Shown here piece after piece: positions 41,862-50,696 of a DNA stretch of 64,000 bases (position 1 is its first letter; each line of letters starts with the position of its first letter). The stretch spans positions 288,001-352,000 of the forward strand of contig CAVSHO010000001.1 in NCBI GenBank assembly GCA_963727825.1. Direction: 5' to 3'. The notes under the pieces are model-generated. The model saw only the letters and a program-made list of their open reading frames with translations. It was not told the DNA's origin and made no database searches. Made by a program: the position numbers and the translations under genes. Source of the DNA: Ignavibacteriota bacterium. Its GTDB lineage: Bacteria; Bacteroidota; Ignavibacteria; UBA10030.

Positions 41862-42245
41862 ATGAAAGATATCAGCAAAAAAATAGTATTTAAGCTTTTA
41901 TTTTTTACGGGATTTACGACCGCACTTATTATGACCTGTTTTGAAATACTAAAGCAGCTTATCCATTCCAATATAACTATTTGGGAATCTCATTTGACTA
42001 CAATTATTTTCACTACAGTCGTAGCCGTAGCTCTTACATATCTGGCTTTAAGAAAGCATGATTCTGTACTAAGAATATTAAGTGGAATAATCCCGGTATG
42101 TGCATGGTGCAGGAAAGTTCGTGATGAGGAAGGGAATTGGGTTTCTTTTGAAGAGTATATAAGAAAAAATTCTGATGCTCATATTACACACGGTATTTGT
42201 ACAGAATGCGGAGACAAATTTCCAGTAGAAGAAGAATACGATTAA
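41862..42245 (+). CDS. Two-TM protein with a C-terminal CxxC...HxxCxxC domain
   Basis: LSGIIPVCAWCRKVRDEEGNW...ITHGICTEC. Confidence 0.8.
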   Translation: MKDISKKIVFKLLFFTGFTTALIMTCFEILKQLIHSNITIWESHLTTIIFTTVVAVALTYLALRKHDSVLRILSGIIPVCAWCRKVRDEEGNWVSFEEYIRKNSDAHITHGICTECGDKFPVEEEYD

Positions 42246-42278
42246 CCAGACATGAATTTTAACGCCCGTCCGTTAGGC
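42240..42278 (+). repeat. Short, internally deleted attC-like site
   Basis: ATTAACCAGAC...CCGTTAGGC at the end of a gene. Confidence 0.45.
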
Positions 42279-42440
42279 AGTAGCAATGGCAGGCGAGAAG
42301 GTGCGCTTCCATATACTCTTTTCTTGTGCACCAACCCACTTCGGAAAAACGAATATACCTGTCAACATCATGACCATTGACAGGATCATTAGCTGATTTT
42401 CTATGGAAGCCGCATTTCATAATGTTAGAGGAGCATATCA

Positions 42441-43805
42441 ATGAACGCACTATCAGCCGCCCGGGTTGCCGTTTATATTTCAACGGTGGATTCCTTCTTT
42501 GTCGAGCATCCGGCCATCGACGCCGGTTCAACCCTGCCAGACATCACCGTATACCCCAACAAGAGCCGCCAGACCATTGAAGGCTTCGGCGGCTGTTTCA
42601 ATGAAAAAGGTTGGGAGGCGCTCTCGGTGTTGAGCCGGGAAGAACGCGGAGCGGTTATGCACAGAATCTTCAATCCGGTTGACGGCCTCGGTTTTTCCAT
42701 CTGCCGTGTACCCATCGGCGCAAACGATTATGCGCTTGATCGCTACACTCTGAATGAAACTCCATTTGATTACGAGATGAAGAACTTCTCCATTGAGCGT
42801 GACCGGATCAATCTTATTCCTTACATCAAAGATGCAATGTCCATCCAGCCGAAGCTCCGTCTCTGGGCGTCGGCCTGGACTCCTCCGACCTGGATGAAGG
42901 ATAACCGGAAATTTGATTCGGGCAACTTCCTCGATGACCCGAAGATCTACCGGGCATATGCACTCTACCTTCTTAAGTTCATCCAGGCCTACCGGCAGGA
43001 AAGCCTGCCCATTGAGGCAGTAGCAGTGCAGAATGAACCCGGTACTCTCACCAACTACCCCTCCTGCGACTGGACTGCGGTCCAGTATCTGAGCTTCATC
43101 CGCGATTACTTAGGCCCACTCTTTCAAAAGGAAGAGATGTACGATGCGATCATGCTCGGCACATTCAACCAGCCGAAACTTGCCGGTCACGCGCTCACCG
43201 TTCTTCTCGATCCGCAGGTCCGACGGTTCGTTTCCCTTGCCGGCATGCAGTGGGACAGTCTGAGCTTTATGGACCAGTTGAAGACGGCCGCGCCCGGCCT
43301 TACCGTCTGGCAGACCGAAACCGACTGCGGGAATTGGTTCTGGCTGCCGAACTTTAATCCTGATAAACCGGCGAACGACATTTTCTATGCGGGGTTCACC
43401 TGGGAAAAAATCCGCGACTGGCTAAAAGCCGGCGTAACAGTTTACGAACTTTGGAATATGGTGCTCAAACCGGAAGGGAAGAACATCGATTCGATAAGAC
43501 CCTGGCCACAGAACTCGCTTATTACGGTTGATCCTGCAACTCACGCAATCCGATATACACCACTATTCGGTGCTGTCGGAAGTTTCTCGAGATTCGTACC
43601 CCCCGGCTCGCGAATGATCGAAACGGAGGGAATATCCGCCGAAGCGGATGTCGTTGCATTTCTTGATACGTCCGGCCGCGTCGTCATAGTGCTTTACAAC
43701 AGGAAAGAAGCTTCTGCTTCCATCAAAGTGCAAGTGCGCAACAGCGTTCACGCGGTGAATATGCCGCCGCAGAGCTTCGCAACGCTGGTGGTGCCCGGAA
43801 AATGA
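42441..43805 (+). CDS. Glycoside hydrolase family 30 (glucosylceramidase-like)
   Basis: QTIEGFGGCFNE, ASAWTPPTWMK, VQNEP acid/base, WQTETDCG nucleophile. Confidence 0.9.
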   Translation: MNALSAARVAVYISTVDSFFVEHPAIDAGSTLPDITVYPNKSRQTIEGFGGCFNEKGWEALSVLSREERGAVMHRIFNPVDGLGFSICRVPIGANDYALDRYTLNETPFDYEMKNFSIERDRINLIPYIKDAMSIQPKLRLWASAWTPPTWMKDNRKFDSGNFLDDPKIYRAYALYLLKFIQAYRQESLPIEAVAVQNEPGTLTNYPSCDWTAVQYLSFIRDYLGPLFQKEEMYDAIMLGTFNQPKLAGHALTVLLDPQVRRFVSLAGMQWDSLSFMDQLKTAAPGLTVWQTETDCGNWFWLPNFNPDKPANDIFYAGFTWEKIRDWLKAGVTVYELWNMVLKPEGKNIDSIRPWPQNSLITVDPATHAIRYTPLFGAVGSFSRFVPPGSRMIETEGISAEADVVAFLDTSGRVVIVLYNRKEASASIKVQVRNSVHAVNMPPQSFATLVVPGK

Positions 43806-43956
43806 TAGACAAACACTTATGTCATGTAACTGTATTGAAAGATTCGCTTACTTTCGTGAAATTAGAAATTACATACAGGCAACATTTAATTCATTAGCAT
43901 AAAGGATCTAGCGTGCGTTATATTTTACCAACAATTCGATAACAGAATAAATTACT

Positions 43957-44765
43957 ATGAAAATGATAAAGAGAAATATTATTATTAATTCTACTATGTT
44001 ATTTGTCATCGCTTCCATATTAGCCATGACATTGCATGAATTAGGACATTTCTTCACATCTCTTCTGGTTCATGCGCAACATATTTCCATCCATCATAAT
44101 TACACATCGAGTTCTGGTGAAGGACTTTCAGGTACTAGGTAACATATTGATTAAAGGTGCTGGGCCGGTAGTGAGCTTAATAATAGGAATCATTTTCCAT
44201 TTTATTTGTTCCCGACAAGTTCAACGCAATGCTCTCTTCCTCTTCAACGTTTATATGTCCCTAAACGGGTATATTAGTTTTTGGGGCTATTTAATAATTG
44301 CTTATTTGGTCCCTGGAGGTGATACCGGCTATGTCTGTTCTGTTTTGGGCTTTCCTGCTTGGCTCACCATTCTATTGGGATTTGCAGGAGCGGTTGCCTT
44401 ATATTTCACTATAAATAGTTTAATGAAGTATTTTGTATCGATGGGTTCAAAAGAGATCATAGAAAATGAAAAAGACAGGAAAGAGTTTATCCGTTTCTTA
44501 ATTCTTTTCCCTCTATTTAATCTGTCTTGTGATAATTACTTTACTCAATTTGCCAGTGCCAACTCTAGCAAGTATGATTGCTCCTATTTGTGGTCCTCTT
44601 ACCATTCTTTGTGGCTATAATAATGCGGCAGAGAAAAAGTATATTTTAAATGATGTGAATACAGAGTTTGAACAGTTTAATAAATTTAATTTTCAATTAT
44701 TTGGATTCTTTTTGTTAACAGTAATTCTCAACAGACTATTGGTATACGGCATTTATGTGAGCTGA
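43957..44765 (+). pseudogene. Membrane protein with an HExxH motif (M50-like), broken by two +1 frameshifts (about 44131 and 44519)
   Basis: TLHELGHF, AGPVVSL and GGDTG spread over three overlapping ORFs that join if single bases are removed. Confidence 0.7.
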
Positions 44766-44796
44766 TATATCAATTTGAAAAACTCTATTAAATGTT

Positions 44797-45064
44797 GTCT
44801 AACCAGCGGTTCCACTGTCGAAGGTATCAATTTGTGAGAAGTGGTCACTTCGTGACAAGCTGACGGTTGCCAGATGGGTACGTTAAACATGGCTCGTATA
44901 GGTTTTAGTCTTAATAATTTCTTTTTCAGTCTGAACTCACTTCGTTAGTTGCATTGCGAAAATTATCAGTGCCGCAGTGGCGCTGTACGTTATGTCGTAG
45001 ATGGCGCTAAAAGCGACAGCACGGAACATGATAGTGTGAGGCGCCACTTAGCTTCGATTAGGCG
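44797..45064 (+). repeat. Long attC-like site with insertions in both arms
   Basis: GTCTAACCAGCGGTT[insert]CAAGCTGAC ... CCGCAG[insert]CTTAGC...ATTAGGC. Confidence 0.6.
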
Positions 45065-45096
45065 GCGAGCTGGTTTGTCGCAAAGGAGAATTTAAT

Positions 45097-45693
45097 TTGA
45101 GTAAAATCATTGTGCACTTAGGTTTGACCCTCGATGGTGTCATGCAGGCGCCAGCCAGGCCCGACGAAGATACCCGCGGTGGTTTCAAATATGGTGGTTG
45201 GTCAGTGCCTTATGTCGATCCTGTCTTCGCCGATGGTGTGCGGGAAGGAAATGCCCAGAAGCGTGCTTTTCTTTTCGGGAGGCGTACATATGAAGACTTT
45301 TATTCCGTCTGGCCTAAGCGCACGGACGGCAACCCATTTACTGAAGTGCTCAACAACTATCAAAAGTATGTGGCTTCAACGACATTGAAGGAACCGCTCC
45401 CGTGGATTAACTCCACACTTCTTAAAGGAGACGTGCCCTCAGCGGTCGGCGCACTCAAGGAGCATTTGGACATGAACCTCATTGTCCTCGGCAGTGGAGT
45501 CCTTATCCGATCGTTAATAAAACACAACCTCATTGACGAATATGCGATTTCTATTCATCCACTCGTTCTTGGCTCAGGAAGCCGTCTCTTTTCCGATGGA
45601 TGTCCCTTTGCGAATCTCAAACTTATTGATACTAAAACAACCAAAACCGGCGTAATAATTGCAACCTATCGACCGGACGAGAAACAAGAGTGA
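45097..45693 (+). CDS. Dihydrofolate reductase / RibD C-terminal family protein
   Basis: TLDGVMQAP, LFGRRTYE, LGSGVL, IHPLVLGSG; AGGAG RBS with a TTG start. Confidence 0.9.
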   Translation: MSKIIVHLGLTLDGVMQAPARPDEDTRGGFKYGGWSVPYVDPVFADGVREGNAQKRAFLFGRRTYEDFYSVWPKRTDGNPFTEVLNNYQKYVASTTLKEPLPWINSTLLKGDVPSAVGALKEHLDMNLIVLGSGVLIRSLIKHNLIDEYAISIHPLVLGSGSRLFSDGCPFANLKLIDTKTTKTGVIIATYRPDEKQE

Positions 45694-45768
45694 CGCTGCC
45701 GACCTATTATGGCAACAACACTAGAAAAAAATATTTCACGTCAAGTGAATAAATAGAAAAGAGAAAAT

Positions 45769-47277
45769 ATGATGATGTCTTCTAAATCTACAATACATAA
45801 TATCTATGTTAGTGGCCTTTTTAATTCATTACGCTATTTTTTAAATACCTTAGCGGTTTTAACTATAGTGCTTTTAATTTTTAGTTTTCTCTCTTATTGT
45901 TATTCAGAACCGAAAGGCGTATCCAATTCTGCAAAAAAATGGGTTGGGACCTGGAGTACAGCACCACAGCTTGTGGAAACACGTAATATGCCTCCCTCAC
46001 CGGGCTTGACCAACAATTCATTGCGACAGATCATCCGGGTTTCAATCGGTGGAGACACTCTACAGATAAAATTCTCCAATGAATTCAGCACAAGCGCTGT
46101 TACGATGAAATCTGTTCAAATTGCCGTATCAACCGGAGGTAACACCATTAACGTGTCCACCAATAAAGAATTGAAATTTAATGGTAGCTCCGAGGTCACA
46201 ATGAATGCAGGTGTTGCGGTTACGTCAGATCCAATTGCATTCAATGTGACACCAAGGATGGATTTAGCAATCACCATTTACTTTGGCCAAACATCTGCCA
46301 CTGTGACTGGCCATCCTGGGTCTCGCACGACTTCATACATTATAACAGGAAACACGACTACGACAACCGATTTCACGGGTGCTGTCACAACAGATCATTG
46401 GTACAATATCAATGTGGTTGATGTACTGGCACCACCAAATGCAGCTTGTGTTGCTATTCTTGGTAACTCCATTACCGATGGACGAGGTTCAACGACAAAC
46501 ATGCAAAACCGATGGACAGATGTATTTTCAGAATCTCTTCTTAAAGATTCAAGTACTCAGCAAGTAGGTGTTCTCAATCTAGGCATTGGAGGTAATTGCG
46601 TGCTTTCCGGCGGTTTAGGTCCAACTGGAGTAAGCCGGTATGATCGAGACATTCTTAATCAGCAAGGTGTACGTTGGGCCATCATTTTTGATGGGGTGAA
46701 TGATATTGGCGGGGTCAGCTCTGCTGCTGCTGCAACAACAACAGCTAATAATCTTATTGCTGCCTACAAGCAGATGATTGTTAAAGCTCATACTAAAAAT
46801 ATCAAGATTTACGGTTGCACCATTCTACCTTTTAAGGGTAATGGTTACTATAATCAATACAGTGAATTATGCCGCAATACCATTAATCAATGGATTCGTA
46901 CCAAGGGCAATTATGATGGATGTATTGATTTCGATAAGGTGATGCGAGATCCGCAGGATACTACGAGACTCATGTCAACATATCAAAATGATGGTCTGCA
47001 CCCTGATGCGGCAGGATACAAAACGATGGGCGAGTCCATTGATCTAAACTTGTTTAATAAATCAGATACTACAACGCTTGGGATAAATTCTATAAGAACA
47101 TTTAATGGTTATATATTAGGGCAGAATTATCCAAATCCATTTAATCCGTCGACAAATACTTCTTTCAGTCTTCAATCAAAATCATTCGTGTCATTTAAAG
47201 CATTTAATACGATAAGAATAGAGTTGGCAACAATTGTCTCTGGAGTAGAGTCGATCGGAATTACTCGGCAACATTAA
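45769..47277 (+). CDS. SGNH/GDSL hydrolase with a decayed T9SS C-terminal sorting domain
   Basis: GNSITDG, GIGGN, GVNDI, DGLHP; tail LGQNYPNPFNPST. Confidence 0.88.
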   Translation: MMMSSKSTIHNIYVSGLFNSLRYFLNTLAVLTIVLLIFSFLSYCYSEPKGVSNSAKKWVGTWSTAPQLVETRNMPPSPGLTNNSLRQIIRVSIGGDTLQIKFSNEFSTSAVTMKSVQIAVSTGGNTINVSTNKELKFNGSSEVTMNAGVAVTSDPIAFNVTPRMDLAITIYFGQTSATVTGHPGSRTTSYIITGNTTTTTDFTGAVTTDHWYNINVVDVLAPPNAACVAILGNSITDGRGSTTNMQNRWTDVFSESLLKDSSTQQVGVLNLGIGGNCVLSGGLGPTGVSRYDRDILNQQGVRWAIIFDGVNDIGGVSSAAAATTTANNLIAAYKQMIVKAHTKNIKIYGCTILPFKGNGYYNQYSELCRNTINQWIRTKGNYDGCIDFDKVMRDPQDTTRLMSTYQNDGLHPDAAGYKTMGESIDLNLFNKSDTTTLGINSIRTFNGYILGQNYPNPFNPSTNTSFSLQSKSFVSFKAFNTIRIELATIVSGVESIGITRQH

Positions 47278-47370
47278 ATGCAGCAAATATATCGAGCGGA
47301 ATTTTTTATATTTCACAGGTTGGCTCATTCATTGAAACTAAAAATTTATTTTACCAAGATAATAATTGCT

Positions 47371-47421
47371 GTCTAACCAAGCGCTTCCCGAGAGGATAAA
47401 CTTAGCGCCGATCCATTAGGG
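47371..47421 (+). repeat. Short attC-like site
   Basis: GTCTAACCAAGCGCT...CTTAGCGCCGATCCATTAGGG. Confidence 0.55.
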
Positions 47422-47435
47422 CGAATAAATATTTT

Positions 47436-47924
47436 ATGAAAGGTAGTCATATGAAACAACAGTGTCATATTTCCTTTGTCTACGGTAGTTGGCTCGTTCT
47501 TTTGTGCGGATTAATATTCTATTTGCTTAAAGGTGATTTTCTTCAAGCTTGTTTTTGGGTCATTTTTATCTCACTCTTTCTTTGGCTCTACATTCGCTAT
47601 TTCCCGGCTTTTTCTCGTTATATGGGATATGGATCAGTTGCAGATCAGCCTGCAAACGATATTCAACGAACAGAGACAAAAGTCATTCTCTATACCGGAA
47701 TCGGCTGCCCTTTTTGTCCGATTGTTAAAAGACGACTTATGGAGCTGCGATCTAAAATGGGTTTCGAACTAAGTGAAATTGATGTTACCCTTAGACCGAA
47801 TATATTAATTGCAAAAGGCATAAGAGCATTACCAGTAGTCGAGGTTGGGAAAGCTCATTGGATTGGAAATGCTACCAGTGATCAATTAGCAATATTTATA
47901 AAAAATAATTCTGTTGAAATTTAG
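47436..47924 (+). CDS. Membrane-anchored glutaredoxin-like protein
   Basis: Two N-terminal TM helices, CPFC active site, RALPVV cis-Pro motif. Confidence 0.8.
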   Translation: MKGSHMKQQCHISFVYGSWLVLLCGLIFYLLKGDFLQACFWVIFISLFLWLYIRYFPAFSRYMGYGSVADQPANDIQRTETKVILYTGIGCPFCPIVKRRLMELRSKMGFELSEIDVTLRPNILIAKGIRALPVVEVGKAHWIGNATSDQLAIFIKNNSVEI

Positions 47925-47928
47925 ACGG

Positions 47929-48221
47929 ATCTATCCGGGCACTCCCACCCACCAGCCTGCGATCTGAGAATGTTATTGCACAAAGTGCAATACAACTTTA
48001 TATTTAAATACTTTTTAACTTTGAACCCATTACAATTAGCATGGCGCTTAACGGTTGAGTATATTTTTAAAAGTAATATGCTGAAACGTGGTTTGTTTAA
48101 TACAAATATAAAAGTAAACATCACAGCAGCTTACTTGTTCGCCCTGCTTGACCGGCAGGCGAGTGTCTTTCCTGCCAGAATGAGTATCGGACTGGTTGGC
48201 GGAGTGCCAAATCCGTTAGGT
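47929..48221 (+). repeat. Long degenerate attC-like spacer
   Basis: GATCTATCCGGGCACT left arm; GCAGCTTA[insert]ATCCGTTAGGT right arm; 47969-48046 is repeated at 49094-49173. Confidence 0.55.
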
Positions 48222-48241
48222 AGCGCGAGAAAAGGACTACA

Positions 48242-48982
48242 ATGACATATTCTGCTCAACAATGGTCACAGATTTGGTCTTCAATAGATATTTTGGTATT
48301 CACAGTTGCTTTTATGATTTTTTTCCCGATTGCTGGATACTTGCTATTTCGAAGTCTCAAGAAATCGGACGATCTTAATCTTACATCAAGAAAGCTTTAT
48401 ACCTATGCATATATCATTCTATCAGAGTGGGCGTTTGTTATCGCTTTACTCTGGCTAACGCATCAACATGGTTTCTCGATAAGTGATCTCGGAGAGAACA
48501 TTGGAAATGTAAATCTAACTGTCATTGCCACCATTGTGCTACTTTTTGTTTTTATGGTGATGGTTTATTTCAATGTCAGACAGCTCCGTCAAATGAAGCT
48601 TGAGAAACTCGAAGCTGAGCTTGGTCATCTAAAAATGTTTCTTCCAAGTAATAGACTAGAGTTTATTGCCTTTATACTAATTGCTTTTACAGCTGGTATT
48701 TGTGAAGAGCTGCTTTATCGAGGTTGGTTGCAAAATCTACTTGCTTATGGAACAGGATCTGTTTGGGTTGGTCTTGTGTTGGGATCAGTGATCTTTGGTT
48801 TTGGGCATACGTACCAAGGTAAAATGGGAATAGTCCAGACAGGAATCATTGGGTTGATTTTTGGAGTTGTGTTTATTTTTACAAAGAGTCTCATAGCTAG
48901 CCAGATATTGCACGTAATTGTTGACGTTGTTAATGGTATTGTTGGCGGTTATGCATTTTCGCTTTTGAAAGCGAAATCATGA
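48242..48982 (+). CDS. CPBP (CAAX/Abi) intramembrane metalloprotease
   Basis: ICEELLYRG, FGFGHTYQG, ILHVIVD. Confidence 0.92.
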   Translation: MTYSAQQWSQIWSSIDILVFTVAFMIFFPIAGYLLFRSLKKSDDLNLTSRKLYTYAYIILSEWAFVIALLWLTHQHGFSISDLGENIGNVNLTVIATIVLLFVFMVMVYFNVRQLRQMKLEKLEAELGHLKMFLPSNRLEFIAFILIAFTAGICEELLYRGWLQNLLAYGTGSVWVGLVLGSVIFGFGHTYQGKMGIVQTGIIGLIFGVVFIFTKSLIASQILHVIVDVVNGIVGGYAFSLLKAKS

Positions 48983-49001
48983 AAATATTTTTTAGTCACG
49001 C

Positions 49002-49304
49002 GACCTAATCAAATCAGACACTCCCCAAAGGGATCTGCCAAGGATATGGCTTCAGCCCCCTTAAGTGGAAAGCTGACCAACCGGAGGCCTGATAATGTTA
49101 TTGCACGAAGTATAATACAACTTTATATATAGGTACTTTATTTAACATTGAACCCACTACAATTTACATTGCGTGTATGGGTTTTGTTTTTGAATGAAAG
49201 TTAAATAAATGGGCTATACAAAGAGAAAATCCCGCAAAGCGGGATTACATTTTTATGGCTGCGCCTGTCTAGTATATATTGAAAATATACATCGCCATAG
49301 CTTA
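49002..49304 (+). repeat. Long degenerate attC-like spacer (right core lost)
   Basis: GACCTAAT...CAGACACT[insert]AAGCTGAC; centre homologous to 47969-48046; ATAGCTTA right arm. Confidence 0.5.
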
Positions 49305-49347
49305 TTTGGTAATTTTGAAAGCCACAAAGGTTGGAAAATATTGAACT

Positions 49348-50514
49348 ATGAATTTTATTAAGACTTTTTCCATAATTCTGTTTCTTGCACTTACATCCTG
49401 TTCACTTTTTAGATCTAGAGAACTGACGAAGTTACCAATCACAAACAATCCTAACTCGCTTGATTCGTCACAGGCGCAGGCCGTATTTGATCGCGCGCAA
49501 TATTTTCCAAACGGGACACAACTTTCTATTTGCATCATCACAGGCGATTCAGAAAAGTATGTTGGTATCGAGCGCCGCAACGATTCTCTAGTCTACGTCG
49601 AGAACAGTGACAGCGTTTTTGAAATAGGATCCATCACAAAAACATTTACCGGTACTATACTTGCAAAGCTCGTGTATGATAAGAAGGTCAACCTCGACGA
49701 CCCTATAAAGAATTATCTTCCTATCACTTTGAATCAATCTGCCCTTAATGGGAAGGAGATAACACTTGTTCAACTTGCCGAACATACATCAGGTCTGCCC
49801 TTTGAGCCAATCAATGTGAAGAATGATGACAAACATCCCTTTGATCCATATGCACCATACAAAAGCTATAGCATAGAACGGCTCTATGATTACCTATCGC
49901 ATCAACTGGTGTTACAGTCTACGCCAGGGGAAAAGCGTACATACTCCAATCTTGGCGGTGGCCTGTTGGGTCACATTCTGACATTATTTTCAAAAAAATC
50001 GTACGAAGAACTTTTGTTTGAAACGGTTTGTAAACCATTAAGAATGCAAAACACATTTGTTGACCTTACACCCGAGCGCATTCATCGAATGGTTCAGGGC
50101 AGATATCCGAATGGCGATTTGCTCCCTTTCGAAGATGGTGATTGTGGTGCGCTTACCGGCTGCGGCGGGATAAAATCCTCGGCCAGGGACCTCGTGAAAT
50201 ATCTCAAAGCGAACATAACTGATACGACTTACTTCTTCCTCGCCCAGAAACCTACAAAACAATTCGACGAGCACTTTTCGGGAGCGCTTGGTTGGGCACC
50301 CTACAGTGAGCGCGGTAAACATCATCAAGGAGCGTTCGGAGCCACCCCAGGCTATACATCCGGAATAATCTTTGAACGGAACTCACGGGTAGGGGTAGTT
50401 CTGCTGACGAATGTCTCTTCCTATCTGGCGGTGAAGGGCAACTATACGGAAGGACTTTGTCGTGCTCTCTACGATCCTCTTCCGTTTGCTGTTATAGATA
50501 AGAAGGGAAAGTAA
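49348..50514 (+). CDS. Serine hydrolase, beta-lactamase/class C-like lipoprotein
   Basis: LTSC lipobox, FEIGSITK (SxxK), HTSGLP, YSN, HQG. Confidence 0.88.
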   Translation: MNFIKTFSIILFLALTSCSLFRSRELTKLPITNNPNSLDSSQAQAVFDRAQYFPNGTQLSICIITGDSEKYVGIERRNDSLVYVENSDSVFEIGSITKTFTGTILAKLVYDKKVNLDDPIKNYLPITLNQSALNGKEITLVQLAEHTSGLPFEPINVKNDDKHPFDPYAPYKSYSIERLYDYLSHQLVLQSTPGEKRTYSNLGGGLLGHILTLFSKKSYEELLFETVCKPLRMQNTFVDLTPERIHRMVQGRYPNGDLLPFEDGDCGALTGCGGIKSSARDLVKYLKANITDTTYFFLAQKPTKQFDEHFSGALGWAPYSERGKHHQGAFGATPGYTSGIIFERNSRVGVVLLTNVSSYLAVKGNYTEGLCRALYDPLPFAVIDKKGK

Positions 50515-50696
50515 GCTTGTCAATTATGTTGAAGCAGCGATGATATTAGAATAGGGCACTGCGCCAAATCAGAGGCGCTTCCCCAAGTGATTCTTTTGGA
50601 CAAGCTAATCACGGTTTGAAACGTGCTGAGATAGGCTCCTAAGCTATTATACTAATTATTTCAGTTCATAGGTACTCAATTGGATCCAAAATATAG

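Noticed and set aside
42286-42400. HILFSCAPT peptide resembling an IS200 transposase fragment
   Set aside because: Too short, and it lacks a complete HUH motif.
49348-50514. Calling the serine hydrolase an antibiotic-resistance beta-lactamase
   Set aside because: It has HQG instead of the KTG triad; the family includes many esterases and peptidases.
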